DNA of 64,000 bases from an uncultured Planctomycetales bacterium (GTDB lineage Bacteria; Omnitrophota; Gorgyraeia; Zapsychrales; Fredricksoniimonadaceae), in contig CAZOXU010000001.1 in assembly GCA_964583975.1 (NCBI GenBank), positions 163,552 to 227,551 on the forward strand, given 5' to 3'. Shown piece after piece: positions 10,494 to 20,857 of the stretch (position 1 is the first letter of the stretch; every line of letters begins with the position of its first letter). The position numbers and the translations under genes were made by a program. The notes under the pieces are model-generated. The model was not told the origin of the DNA and searched no databases. It was given only the letters and a program-made list of their open reading frames with translations.

Positions 10494-11726
10494 TCAAATA
10501 AACTTAATTTTCTTCATGGCAAAGGCACACATCTTCAAGAGCAATAAACCATGACGGAAGCGCTGAATTTGAGTGGTGCCATATTGACGACTTTTATAAC
10601 GGATCGGCAGTTCAACAACCTTCAAATTTAGCTTTACGGCACCGAAAATCAAATCAAAATCACCAAACGGATCAAAATCACCAAAGTAATGACGATTGGC
10701 AACTAGCTCCTCATAATGATGCTTCAAAATGACCTTGGTCCCGCATAAAGTGTCTTTAAATCGCTGGCCTAGCAACCAACTAAAAAACATCCCAAAGAAT
10801 TTATTAGCGAGTAAATTCAGAAATCGCATCGCCTCATCTTCCATTGGATAAATCAAGCGACAGCCGTTAATGAATTCACCCTTACCACTTTTGATGGCCT
10901 CATAAAATTTCGGCATATCTTCTGGTGGCACGGTTAGATCAGCATCAAGAATCATTAGAATCTCGCATTGGGCTTTAGCAAAACCTGCGCGTACCGCATC
11001 ACCCTTGCCCTTACCTGGTTGTTTAAAGAGTTTAATATCTTTATCAGGATAAGCTTTCATGACGCGTTCTACTTCTTCGTAGGTACCGTCCTTCGAATGC
11101 CCCTCAACAAAAATAAATTCCTGATGTCCTCCAAATTTAGGTGTGCGCGTAATGGCGGCCTCGATATTCCCCTTCTCATTACGACAAGGAACCAGAATCG
11201 TTGTTGAATATTCCCTTTCCTCTTTAAATAATGGTCGGGCAATAATGAAATGATTAAGGGTCAGAGCATTAAACAAAGGTAATTTCGCGATGTATCGATT
11301 GATTAAATAACTAAAGCCCCAGATGTTGAAAGGAAAAAGAACGCAGCGTTCGGTTTTGATGGGTTCAAAGCCTGCCAAATGAAGAAAATTAAAAATATCC
11401 TGCCAAGTCAGCCAATTTTGGATTTTCTCAGGCTTTTTAAACCCAAGCTTTTCACCCAGCTTTAAAAGGTATTGCCACAGATAACTGTAATACTCGATGA
11501 TAATGCGGGTATCTTTGTGACAAAAGCCACGCAATTGTTCTAAATATTGCTGAATGTCATCGGTACTGCCAAGCGTTCCTTCCAAAACAATATAATCAAA
11601 TTTCTTTTCTCCTGAAGCCACACGTGGCTTGCCATCAGGGTCAATGGTCAGCACCTTCTTGCCTTGCGAGATGAAATACTGATACTGCTTAGCTCTTAAA
11701 TCATGATAATATTTTTTAAAGCTCAT
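10494..11726 (-). CDS. Glycosyltransferase family 2 (DPM1-like) with an extra N-terminal domain
   Basis: ILVPCRNEKGNI...FIFVEGHSKDGT...LDADLTVPPED shows the DxD-type GT2 motifs. Confidence 0.6.
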   Translation of the reverse strand: MSFKKYYHDLRAKQYQYFISQGKKVLTIDPDGKPRVASGEKKFDYIVLEGTLGSTDDIQQYLEQLRGFCHKDTRIIIEYYSYLWQYLLKLGEKLGFKKPEKIQNWLTWQDIFNFLHLAGFEPIKTERCVLFPFNIWGFSYLINRYIAKLPLFNALTLNHFIIARPLFKEEREYSTTILVPCRNEKGNIEAAITRTPKFGGHQEFIFVEGHSKDGTYEEVERVMKAYPDKDIKLFKQPGKGKGDAVRAGFAKAQCEILMILDADLTVPPEDMPKFYEAIKSGKGEFINGCRLIYPMEDEAMRFLNLLANKFFGMFFSWLLGQRFKDTLCGTKVILKHHYEELVANRHYFGDFDPFGDFDLIFGAVKLNLKVVELPIRYKSRQYGTTQIQRFRHGLLLLKMCAFAMKKIKFI

Positions 11727-13435
11727 TATTTAGTCACCAAAAAGTTACCTATAGCCAACACATCGAACTCAGTACGCAAGAAACAATCAATGGCATTCTC
11801 TGGCGTACACACTATAGGTTCATTCTCATTAAAAGATGTGTTTAACAATACCGGCACACCGCTAATTTTTTCAAACTCGCTGATTAATTCCCAATATTTG
11901 GGTGACACTCTTCGATTAACCGTATGCACCCGTGCTGTGCCATCATTGTGCGTGACAGCAGGCAAAATCTTTTTCTTATCTTCTAACACATCAGCAATCA
12001 AAATCATATATGGTGATTTCTGCCCCTTGGGCATAAGGAAATATTCCTGGGCTTTTTCTTCTAAGACTGACGGTGCAAACGGTCGAAACATCTCACGTCT
12101 TTTCACGCGTGAATTAAGCTTATCCTTCATCTGACTGTTGGTTGGATCAACTACAATACTACGATGTCCAAGAGCGCGCGGACCAGCCTCCATACGATCC
12201 TGGAACCATCCGACAATTTTACCCTGGGCAATATGCTTTGCTGTCTCTTGCGCAATATTGGAAGTCATAACGTATTTTACACCACGGGATCGAAGCGCTT
12301 GCTCGATTTCTTGCTGACCATACTCCATACCCAAATAGGCTGAATCAAAGACATGCTTACGTGGCTGATTTAAAACTTGATGATAATAGTACAAGGCGCT
12401 TCCCAAGGAAGTTCCTGCATCATTGGCAATCGGTTGGAAAAAGAAATTCTTAAAAGGAGTCTGCTCGACAATGCGTTTGTTCATTAAACAATTTAAGACG
12501 ACCCCACCAGTCATACATAAGTTATCTAATTTGGTACGTTGATAAATTCCATTGGCTAAATGAACCCCAGCTTTCTCAATAGTTTTTTGCAAAGCATAGG
12601 CCATATCATAGTGATGCTGGCTGTGCGCCTCACCCTTGGTGTGTCGCGGCCCAAATGTCGTTAAAAATTTCTCGCTCAACCACTGATTGCCACCATGCGT
12701 ATGAAATGATATGTAATCCAAATTCAATTGGTAGGTGCCCTCAGATAATAATTGGACGATGTTAGCAAAATCAGCAACGTAGGTGTCTTTACCATAAGCT
12801 GACATGCCCATGACCTTCCATTCATCAAAGAATGGCTTAAAGCCCAGATAATCAGTTATGGCAGCATACAAATGCCCTAGCGAATGAGGAACCTTGATCT
12901 CTAATAATTTCTGGATACCGTTTTGATCACCCAATGACATCATGGTACTGGTCGATTCACCGCGTCCATCAATGGTTAAAATCGCAGCCTTTTCAAAGGG
13001 GCTGACAAAAAAAGCACTGGCGGCGTGGGCCAGGTGATGTTCGATAAAATGAATTCGTGGTGTTTTGAGTAAGCTAAACTGTTCCTGGACCTTGCGGCCA
13101 ATATTATTCATCAATTGAACGCGAGTCAGAAAAGAAAGTTCGCCGCCACCAGACGACCCTTTTAAAAGATTAAGACTTTCAGGGAAATATTTAAAGAAGT
13201 GAGTCGCGTTGCCTAAAATTTCTCGGTTGGGAACCCAGAAAAATGTGATGTGATCAATATCTTGGATAGTTATCCCCTCTAATGCCAAACACTTAGCGAT
13301 CGCATTAGCTGGATATTTCCAGGTGTGCTTTTCACGATTTAAACGCTCTTCTTCAATGACAAATTTAATTTGCCCGTCCTTAATTAAGGAACAAGAAGCT
13401 TCGTGAGAATAGCTGCTGAGGCCTAAAATGTACAT
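11726..13435 (-). CDS. Carbamoyltransferase (NodU/CmcH family)
   Basis: The 569-aa product begins with the N-terminal YgjD/Kae1-like domain (MYILGLSSYSHEASCSLIKDGQI...EERLNREKH). The C-terminal carbamoyltransferase domain is present. Confidence 0.7.
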   Translation of the reverse strand: MYILGLSSYSHEASCSLIKDGQIKFVIEEERLNREKHTWKYPANAIAKCLALEGITIQDIDHITFFWVPNREILGNATHFFKYFPESLNLLKGSSGGGELSFLTRVQLMNNIGRKVQEQFSLLKTPRIHFIEHHLAHAASAFFVSPFEKAAILTIDGRGESTSTMMSLGDQNGIQKLLEIKVPHSLGHLYAAITDYLGFKPFFDEWKVMGMSAYGKDTYVADFANIVQLLSEGTYQLNLDYISFHTHGGNQWLSEKFLTTFGPRHTKGEAHSQHHYDMAYALQKTIEKAGVHLANGIYQRTKLDNLCMTGGVVLNCLMNKRIVEQTPFKNFFFQPIANDAGTSLGSALYYYHQVLNQPRKHVFDSAYLGMEYGQQEIEQALRSRGVKYVMTSNIAQETAKHIAQGKIVGWFQDRMEAGPRALGHRSIVVDPTNSQMKDKLNSRVKRREMFRPFAPSVLEEKAQEYFLMPKGQKSPYMILIADVLEDKKKILPAVTHNDGTARVHTVNRRVSPKYWELISEFEKISGVPVLLNTSFNENEPIVCTPENAIDCFLRTEFDVLAIGNFLVTK

Positions 13436-13569
13436 AGTATCTCTACTCTTTTAGCCAAAAAGGGGTCAAAACGCTTTTAATAAACAGTCAATATTAGAAG
13501 ATATATGCATGGATTGCAATCTAAAAAATTGAGCTTCTCGGGAGAAGATTCTGTTATATAATAGGCCCC

Positions 13570-14433
13570 ATGAATCCAAATGATTTATCTATTAATCCGC
13601 CTTTCACACATTCGTTTGAACTTTTTCCGCCTAAAACGGAAGAAGGTCATCAAAAACTTTTAGCGACCATTGCCAGCCTTGCTCAACTTAAGCCCAAATT
13701 TTTTTCCTGTACTTATGGTGCTGGTGGTAGCAGCCGCGGCAAGACCTTGGATATTGTGCAATATATTCAAGAAACCCATGGGATTCCTGCCATGGCGCAT
13801 TTAACCTGCGTGCTTCACACTAAGGATGAAATTAAAGCTATTTTACAAGACATGAAGAATCGCGGGATCAGCAATGTGCTAGCCTTGCGCGGCGATCCTC
13901 CTCGTGATAATCCCAATTGGACGCCCGGGCCAGAGAATTTCCAATACAGCTGTCAACTGGTCGCCTTTATCCGCGAACATTTTGGATCTTATTTTAAGAT
14001 TGGTGTGGCGGGGTTTCCTGAAGGGCATCTGCTAGCTGCCTCGCGTGATCTCGATGCGCAATACCTCAAATCCAAAATTGATGCTGGCGCTGACTTTATC
14101 ATCACTCAGTTATTCTTTAATAATCAGGATTATTTCGATTATGTGGCCCGACTCAGGAAAATAGGTGTGAACAAGCCTGTGATCCCAGGAATTCTACCTA
14201 TTACCGATTACAATGCGCTATTGCGATTCTGTGCACTGTGTGGAGCTTCCGTTCCAGCCCAAGTGCATGAAATCTTTAAACCTATTGTAGAAGATCCAGA
14301 AAAGACATTACAGGCAGGTATTGCTTTTGCAGTAAAACAAAGCCAGGAGCTCCTTAAAAGTGGCGCCCCTGGCTTACATTTCTACACGCTTAATAAACTC
14401 TCTCCTATTGATACTATCCTTCAACGTATCTAG
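13570..14433 (+). CDS. metF: 5,10-methylenetetrahydrofolate reductase
   Basis: FELFPPKTEEG, KPKFFSCTYGAGGSSRGKT, HLTCV and ALRGDPP are signature MetF motifs. Confidence 0.8.
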   Translation: MNPNDLSINPPFTHSFELFPPKTEEGHQKLLATIASLAQLKPKFFSCTYGAGGSSRGKTLDIVQYIQETHGIPAMAHLTCVLHTKDEIKAILQDMKNRGISNVLALRGDPPRDNPNWTPGPENFQYSCQLVAFIREHFGSYFKIGVAGFPEGHLLAASRDLDAQYLKSKIDAGADFIITQLFFNNQDYFDYVARLRKIGVNKPVIPGILPITDYNALLRFCALCGASVPAQVHEIFKPIVEDPEKTLQAGIAFAVKQSQELLKSGAPGLHFYTLNKLSPIDTILQRI

Positions 14434-16433
14434 AATTTCAAGCTCATCCCTGCTGTAAAATTACGCTCTGGTGCTGGAAAGAAATCCTTAATGCTAGAAG
14501 TCGTCGATTTGACTGCGGTCGAATAATACTTTTGATCAAAGATATTATTCACAGCAAAGAATATCTCGAGAGCCTGATACACATAGCTCAATTTACTATC
14601 TAACGTAAAATACTTCTTTAATTGAGGAGTAGCATTAAAAGTATCGTTGATCGCATAGCGCTCACCAACATAGGTACCAATAAGTGAAGCATTGTAACGA
14701 TCATACACGCCTAAGGTAAGCACTCCATTGGCCTGATGTTGGGCTACCATCGGGATACGATTACCATCAAAGGCTCCCCCATCAAATTCTGGATTTTGAT
14801 AATTATAACTGGTTGAAAAATCAATTTTGTTAACATTATTAATAGGAGGTAAAAGTTTCAAAAGACTAGTTGTTTGTCCTACTTCAACCCCTCGCCGGAT
14901 AGTACGATCATAGTTACTATTATCACCAAAACCCCCTCCAGCTGTTGGATCTACAAAGATTTCATTACGTAACTTTGTGATATATGGAGTCACATGCACC
15001 GTGACCGTATCTTTGAAATTATGTTTAACTCCAAGTTCATATTGCGTACCCGTCTGTTGTTTGAGATTGGTATTCAAGCCTGAAAATGAACTGTACCATT
15101 CATCGGTTGCCAGAAAACGAAAACTTTGCTGGATATTAGCAAAGACATTGGATCCTTTGGCATATTCATATTTCAAACCAACCATCGAAGCCTGCTTATC
15201 TGGAGCTTGTTTCTGGAAGCTCTGAGGTGAATTCTTTTGGTTAAAGGTGTACCAGGCTTTCTGATATCGAGTACCACCGGTTAAGAATAAGTGGTTCCAT
15301 ACTTCAAATTCGCTTGAAATATAGGCCCCATATTCTCTTTTGGAGATCGTGATATCATCCGTACTAAATCCACCTCCAAGAATATCTTGATCGGTGTTGT
15401 AATAATCAACGCCAGTCACGATATTGACTTCGTGATCCAATATCAATTTGTCAAAAATATACTTTCCTGTGAAACCTAATGTATTGCTATCACGCTTTGT
15501 GTCGATTCCTTGGCTAACAAAATTTGCATAGGTATCTCGATCACGGTAGGACGTATCCATGACCAAATGACCAAAATCTTCATCCAAAGGATTGATATCA
15601 AATGTTCCCTGGATCGCTCGATCTTTGGTGGAAGCTTTATCCGAAGGATTTCTTGAGCCACGTCGGCCTAATTGTTCTATTTCCGTACCCTTTAAACCTC
15701 CTGGAAGACCATAATCATCCTCATGCCATGTGGCGTCAAGGCCAACCTTAAGCCAATCTGAAGGTTTGGTGCTCAAACGAGTCTGGAAATTCTTACTTAA
15801 AACGTCGCTATTTTGGCGATAGCCATGTTGATCGTCGTAATCAGAGTAGGCATAATACGAAACATTCTTCGTGCTTCCTGAAACTTCAGCAGCAGTGCCC
15901 CGGCTGTCATAACTGCCATAAGTACCACTGATTTTCCCGGATAACTTTCCTTTTCCTTCTTTAGTAATAATATTCACAACTCCACCTACAGCATTATCCC
16001 CATAAAGCACCGTTCCAAAACCCCGAACAATTTCAATACGCTCAACAGAATCCAAAGGAATCTGCAGTAAATCAGGACCTGAAACATCTACAGGGTTAAC
16101 TTTACGATCGTTGACCAACATCAATATATTACGATTGGCTGTATCACCAAAACCGCGGATATCAATGGTAGCTGTTTTCACCGTACCGTTATCATAAATA
16201 TTGACTCCTAATTGTTGTGAAAGGATTTGAGCTACGGTGCTAGCATTGGAGGCTTCGATCATCTCTTGAGTGATGACAGTTACATCCGAAGACAATTTGT
16301 AATCATTTTGAGCCAAACGACTTGAAATGATGACAATTTTATTTAAATCATAGTTCTTTCCTTCATCAGCGGACGATACTGATGTTAAACCTACCGTCAC
16401 CACTAAACTTAAAAACCACTTAAACATTCTCAT
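14430..16433 (-). CDS. TonB-dependent outer-membrane receptor (BtuB-like by context)
   Basis: The product has a signal peptide and a plug-domain motif (SVERIEIVRG). It is 667 aa of beta-barrel-like alternating sequence with a C-terminal aromatic residue (..SLKF). A candidate cobalamin riboswitch sits in its 5' leader. Confidence 0.75.
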   Translation of the reverse strand: MRMFKWFLSLVVTVGLTSVSSADEGKNYDLNKIVIISSRLAQNDYKLSSDVTVITQEMIEASNASTVAQILSQQLGVNIYDNGTVKTATIDIRGFGDTANRNILMLVNDRKVNPVDVSGPDLLQIPLDSVERIEIVRGFGTVLYGDNAVGGVVNIITKEGKGKLSGKISGTYGSYDSRGTAAEVSGSTKNVSYYAYSDYDDQHGYRQNSDVLSKNFQTRLSTKPSDWLKVGLDATWHEDDYGLPGGLKGTEIEQLGRRGSRNPSDKASTKDRAIQGTFDINPLDEDFGHLVMDTSYRDRDTYANFVSQGIDTKRDSNTLGFTGKYIFDKLILDHEVNIVTGVDYYNTDQDILGGGFSTDDITISKREYGAYISSEFEVWNHLFLTGGTRYQKAWYTFNQKNSPQSFQKQAPDKQASMVGLKYEYAKGSNVFANIQQSFRFLATDEWYSSFSGLNTNLKQQTGTQYELGVKHNFKDTVTVHVTPYITKLRNEIFVDPTAGGGFGDNSNYDRTIRRGVEVGQTTSLLKLLPPINNVNKIDFSTSYNYQNPEFDGGAFDGNRIPMVAQHQANGVLTLGVYDRYNASLIGTYVGERYAINDTFNATPQLKKYFTLDSKLSYVYQALEIFFAVNNIFDQKYYSTAVKSTTSSIKDFFPAPERNFTAGMSLKF

Positions 16434-16439
16434 AATTTC

Positions 16440-16638
16440 TCCTTAAAATAAAAAACCCCCAACCGTAATTAAACGATTGAGGGCGTTCCCTGACAACCTT
16501 CTCAATATGCGCATCCTGTCCTGTTCTCTCGCAGGCATTCAGCTATTAAATATTCTTCAGGTGTTGGGACTTTCCTTATGATGGAATAACCCTAGCGGGA
16601 CTGTTCTTGATTCTCACAAGATTTCCCTGAACAATATG
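16440..16638 (-). promoter_or_regulatory. Candidate cobalamin (B12) riboswitch with an intrinsic terminator in the 5' leader of the TonB-dependent receptor
   Basis: The minus-strand RNA contains ..CAGGGAAAUCUUGUGAGAAUCAAGAACAGUCCCGCUA.. This matches the conserved AAGGGAA / GGUGnGAAUCC / GCnGUnCCCGC core of cobalamin riboswitches. Further on is AGUCCCAACACCUG (B12-box-like). Then comes a CCCUCAA..UUGGGGG hairpin followed by UUUUUUAUUUU and the RBS AAGGAG 7 nt before the AUG. Confidence 0.45.
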
Positions 16639-17148
16639 CTATTTTTTTACGCGGGCCAATGAAGCTTCGGTGGTGCGTTTTAAAATCCATTCAAAAGCTA
16701 AAAAGACAATCACACTATAGGCAACTGTACTTAAAAGAGTCGTTCTAAAAAAAGGTATGGCCATAAAATAACACTGCTTCAAACCATCCCATGTTTGAGG
16801 ATACAAGGTAAACCATGCACCAAAATTCGTAATAATAAAGAAAATGATAGATGACACGAGACTACCCGCGAAAACATTGGCTAAACTTTTACGATCTCGA
16901 ACAAATAATCCGATGGCGCTAATAATGAGCATGCTTCCCCAGGTGAAAAACATTGTATTGTGAAAACCTAGAAAAAGATCCGTAACAATCATGATGGTCA
17001 ATGGCAAGGCCAAAGCAATCCGTCGATCTAAATACATTCCACCTAACATTGCAACTGCTAACATAGCTGTAAACTGACTAGCATGAGGAACGCAACGCGT
17101 TACAACTCCTAACACAACGAGACATACGGCAAAAATGATATTAGTCAT
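16639..17148 (-). CDS. Small integral membrane protein (~5 TM)
   Basis: The 169-aa product is hydrophobic. It may be a transporter substrate-binding component, but the family was not recognised. Confidence 0.3.
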   Translation of the reverse strand: MTNIIFAVCLVVLGVVTRCVPHASQFTAMLAVAMLGGMYLDRRIALALPLTIMIVTDLFLGFHNTMFFTWGSMLIISAIGLFVRDRKSLANVFAGSLVSSIIFFIITNFGAWFTLYPQTWDGLKQCYFMAIPFFRTTLLSTVAYSVIVFLAFEWILKRTTEASLARVKK

Positions 17149-17226
17149 GAAAATCCTTTCCTTTGGGAAATCCTTCTTTGAAATATGGGCCTATTTTACA
17201 TATGGGTTTGCGACAGTCAATAGGAT

Positions 17227-17583
17227 TTATTCTTGAACGTAAGTGGTTGCTGCACTTAGAGCTATCTCTGCTTTTTTAAGTTCCTTGCCCAAATAAGCAA
17301 TGTGATCTTTTCTTCTAAACCATTCACAGCCATGCTTTTGCTCGTATTCAAAAATAGCAAAGTATAAATCCTGGACCTTTTTGCCTCGAAAAACTTTGAT
17401 AATTGTATGCCGCTTATCGCAAATGGCTACTTCAATTACGCCAGCTTTATGTTCGGCTCGAATCAGCACATAAAAACCAGTTGGATCCATTCTAAAATCT
17501 CGGATTGGATCATAGGCAGCGCAATTAATGATCTGGAGGTCTTTTGCTAGGGTTTGTTTTGACCACACATATTCTTTTGCCAT
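17227..17583 (-). CDS. Hypothetical small protein
   Basis: The 118-aa product has coding-like composition and no motif assigned. Confidence 0.3.
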   Translation of the reverse strand: MAKEYVWSKQTLAKDLQIINCAAYDPIRDFRMDPTGFYVLIRAEHKAGVIEVAICDKRHTIIKVFRGKKVQDLYFAIFEYEQKHGCEWFRRKDHIAYLGKELKKAEIALSAATTYVQE

Positions 17584-17587
17584 ATTT

Positions 17588-18766
17588 TTACCAAATAAAA
17601 CAGATACTTCCCAAGTCCTTGGTCATGACCACCTTGGCAATGCCAACAGCAACTACCAATAAAAAGATCACGAATGCAGCCATTATAAAACGATACAGAT
17701 CTCGATGATAGGTTTTAATAAGATCCAAAGCTTTGAGCGTCATCAGAAATGTGATTGGACAATAAAACAACGAGGTTCTAGGTACAGTAAAGGGGTATTT
17801 CTTTAAGGCCCCTAGGATGACTAATTCAATATATAAAGGAAAGGCCAAAAGTTCAACCGAGCTTAATTGGCGATTGCCCTTCGTCCAATTATGAAAAAAG
17901 GCCCAAGGAATATAGCCGATACCTAAGACCATAAATACAAGTCCTACCTTCTTCATCCAACGTGGTTGCTCGGTAAACCATCTGGAGAATAAATTCATGG
18001 TCCCTTCCCACCAGGTTCGCAAAAATTCCGGAAATGATTGAAAACTAATAGCATAATCATTAAATCCTTGGGTATCGGCATTAGCTTTGGATATCCTTAA
18101 ATCAAAGGCATACAGAGCAGCTAACACCATCAAACACACCGATATATACAACAATATCTGCATCCACGATTTTTGCTTTTCGCGAAGCATGTTATATAAA
18201 GGAAAGGCCATAAATATAAAAGCGGGATACGAAAAGAGTCCTAATAAAGGCAGAGCCATCAGCAAGGCTGTGTACTGACTGCGGCTTAAACTGCGAGCCA
18301 GATTAGTTTGATTATAAAGAAAGAGGACAAAACATCCTGAAACTAGAACATCCATGGAATATTGCTTAAGTTCGGCAGAATAATAAATCAGCGGGATCGA
18401 GGCCGTCCAACACAAGACAAAAACAAGATATTGGATATTATCTTTTAAGGCTAGTCGTCCTATTCTCATCCAAAGAGCAAAAGCCAATAACATGCTTAGA
18501 TATGGTAATAATCTCACACCCCAGACACTTAAATCAAAAGGCTGGGCAATCTTTTGGATGACACACAGGTAAAGCCGAGGAAAGATTTGAGCAACTTGAA
18601 GAGGCTTGGTAAAGAAATCTTCAGTCGAATTAAGCTGAACGCTTTTAAAAACGCTGATCTCATCTAACCACAACGGCCGACCGCGAAGATAATGAATCGT
18701 ACAGAGAACGACAAATAAGCAACATAAACTTAAGAACAATAGTAAAAATCTATCGATTTTTCTCAT
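17588..18766 (-). CDS. Polytopic membrane protein, GT-C-like (ArnT/PMT-type acidic loop motif RPLWLDE)
   Basis: The 392-aa product has many TM helices. It has an N-terminal ..RGRPLWLDEISVF.. loop reminiscent of GT-C DE motifs. Confidence 0.35.
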   Translation of the reverse strand: MRKIDRFLLLFLSLCCLFVVLCTIHYLRGRPLWLDEISVFKSVQLNSTEDFFTKPLQVAQIFPRLYLCVIQKIAQPFDLSVWGVRLLPYLSMLLAFALWMRIGRLALKDNIQYLVFVLCWTASIPLIYYSAELKQYSMDVLVSGCFVLFLYNQTNLARSLSRSQYTALLMALPLLGLFSYPAFIFMAFPLYNMLREKQKSWMQILLYISVCLMVLAALYAFDLRISKANADTQGFNDYAISFQSFPEFLRTWWEGTMNLFSRWFTEQPRWMKKVGLVFMVLGIGYIPWAFFHNWTKGNRQLSSVELLAFPLYIELVILGALKKYPFTVPRTSLFYCPITFLMTLKALDLIKTYHRDLYRFIMAAFVIFLLVVAVGIAKVVMTKDLGSICFIW

Positions 18767-18783
18767 GTATTGTCTGTAATGGA

Positions 18784-19221
18784 TTATTCGTCGTACTTCT
18801 TTGTTTTCAATTCCTCTAAAACTAATTTTACTTCATTAACAAGAATTTTAGAATCAATGGGTTTGTGCAAATAAATCTCTGCTCCGACTTCATAAAAATC
18901 AATAATATCTCCACCCACATCACTCAAAGACTGAAAAATGATAGGAATATTTCTAGTGCGGGGGTCTTTCTTTAATATAGTACAAACTTCAATACCATTG
19001 AGACCCGGCAAATGATAATCAAGGAGAATCAAATCAATTTTTTCTGCATTAGCTAATTTAATACCACTCTCACCATCAACAGCCGTTAGAACAGTACAAT
19101 TATTCTTTTGTAGAATTCGTTGAACAAGGGTTCGATCGACCTCATTATCATCTACAACTAAAACAGTGCCTAATTGAACACTGGATTTTTTGGTTTTAAA
19201 CATTTGAAATAAATTAAACAC
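18784..19221 (-). CDS. Single-domain response regulator (CheY-like receiver)
   Basis: VLVVDDNEVDR...LILLDYHLPGLNG...IPIIFQS contains the receiver-domain Asp pocket and the phospho-acceptor D in LLD. Confidence 0.7.
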   Translation of the reverse strand: MFNLFQMFKTKKSSVQLGTVLVVDDNEVDRTLVQRILQKNNCTVLTAVDGESGIKLANAEKIDLILLDYHLPGLNGIEVCTILKKDPRTRNIPIIFQSLSDVGGDIIDFYEVGAEIYLHKPIDSKILVNEVKLVLEELKTKKYDE

Positions 19222-19340
19222 TTTGCGCTCCTCATGATTTGTAGGGGCACGCTCTGCCTACCGCAAGCAGGATGCCATTTCCCTACGATTTGAAAGATAG
19301 CAATAATAGCATGCACATAAATTTTGAAAATCTAATTTAG

Positions 19341-19395
19341 AATTTTTTTTGAGGGCGAGGAAACCTCGCCCGTACGGGCTGGGTCTCCCAGCCCT
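19341..19395. repeat. GC-rich palindromic (REP-like) intergenic element, copy 1
   Basis: GGGCGAGGaaaCCTCGCCC and GGGCTGGGtctCCCAGCCC are tandem stem-loops. They are related to the elements at 28968-29012 and 35266-35325, which share GTACGGGC and GGGCGAGG..CCTCGCCC. Confidence 0.45.
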
Positions 19396-20817
19396 CTACG
19401 TTTCTTTAATCAATCCCGTTTTCGTAATGATATACGACTCTTGATAATCATCAAAGTCGGTATTGATTTCCCACAGATCGTGGCTAGTGCCGCAGCTGAT
19501 ATTGGATGCTGCTTGGATGCCCATCAAAATACTATGGTCTTGATTATTGTATTTAAATGCACCGTAACGGCCAATCACACTTAAACCTTCGATGACGGTT
19601 AAATGTTCCTGAATAATCTTAACCTTGTCCTTATAGCCTTTGTGGTAAACAGGATAACATCGGGGAATACGTTCTACATGTCCAGCTAAAATTCCGCCTT
19701 TGGCAAAATCCATTTGTGTCAATTCCTGGCTCGCTAAAGCAATCAATTCTTCCGAAGCAGAGCTCCAAATCTCATCCCCATCATTGCACCAGTACTCCAT
19801 AACCAAGATGGTAGTCTTGGATTCCCCATAAAGCCCGGGGGTCCAATTCCTAAAATTGGTAATGCGTCCGGTCTTGAATTCCGGTGACTGCACATAGATC
19901 CATTGATCGGGAAACAGATGAGTATTATTAACGTGTAAATAAACCAGAATGGTATTTCTAAATTTCAAAGCAGCCGCAGCCTCCTTAACCTTTGAAGGCA
20001 CATTAGCCAGGCGACTCACCAACAAGGTTAACGGCATCGTTGAGACAATGTGATCATATCCGCTACAGACCTTGCCATCACTCAAGACCAAGGTGTTGGC
20101 ACGACCTTCCTCTACAACAATCTTTTCTACCGGCGTTTGATAGTGTATTGTGCCCTTATGTTGAACAATGAAAGCTGCCATGCGTTCATAAAGCGTGCCT
20201 GTACCTTGATTCGGATAGGCAAATTGGTCCAAAAGAGAACGGTGTTTTTTCGTTTTATTGGCATTGATGGCGTTTTTGACCACCTCGAGCATAGAAAGTT
20301 TTTTGATGCGCTGTGAGGCGAAATCAGAATCAAGCTCATTACAGGGGATACCCCATAATTTCTCGCTATAGGGCTTAAAGAATATCTCAAAGAGGCGCCG
20401 ACCAAAACGGCCCGTCACCCAGGATTCGAAATTCCCTTCCTGCCGGGTGGGAAACATCATTTCCTTCACATAATAGGCAAAACACACCAACGCCTTCCAC
20501 AGCCCCAAATTCTTAAAGGCATTGAGGGGACTTAAGGGGTAATTATAAAATTTGCGGTCGTAAAGAATGCGGGTAAGACGATTGACGATCTGGTAATCAT
20601 CCTTAAGAACTTCCAACCAAAGCTCATTGACTCTCTTGTCCTTGCTAAAGAATCTGTGAGGCCCTAGATCTGCCCGTTGACCCCACAGGGCGATGGTCTT
20701 AGCCATCCCACCAGGACTCTTGCCTGCTTCAAAAACTTCTACTTCTATCCCCTGCTTGGCTAGCTCATAAGCGGCTGTCAATCCAGCTGGTCCAGCTCCG
20801 ATGATTGCAATTTTCAT
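19396..20817 (-). CDS. FAD-dependent oxidoreductase (amine oxidase / phytoene desaturase-like superfamily)
   Basis: The N-terminal dinucleotide-binding motif KIAIIGAGPAGLTAAYELAKQG...FEAGKSPGGMAKT is present. Confidence 0.55.
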   Translation of the reverse strand: MKIAIIGAGPAGLTAAYELAKQGIEVEVFEAGKSPGGMAKTIALWGQRADLGPHRFFSKDKRVNELWLEVLKDDYQIVNRLTRILYDRKFYNYPLSPLNAFKNLGLWKALVCFAYYVKEMMFPTRQEGNFESWVTGRFGRRLFEIFFKPYSEKLWGIPCNELDSDFASQRIKKLSMLEVVKNAINANKTKKHRSLLDQFAYPNQGTGTLYERMAAFIVQHKGTIHYQTPVEKIVVEEGRANTLVLSDGKVCSGYDHIVSTMPLTLLVSRLANVPSKVKEAAAALKFRNTILVYLHVNNTHLFPDQWIYVQSPEFKTGRITNFRNWTPGLYGESKTTILVMEYWCNDGDEIWSSASEELIALASQELTQMDFAKGGILAGHVERIPRCYPVYHKGYKDKVKIIQEHLTVIEGLSVIGRYGAFKYNNQDHSILMGIQAASNISCGTSHDLWEINTDFDDYQESYIITKTGLIKET

Positions 20818-20857
20818 TCATTTCTCCTAAAGGCAATCTATCTTAATTAAATAAACC

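Noticed and set aside
20050-20405. 88-aa and 92-aa ORFs inside the FAD-oxidoreductase gene
   Set aside because: They are embedded in or antisense to a CDS with a clear dinucleotide-binding motif and are likely spurious.
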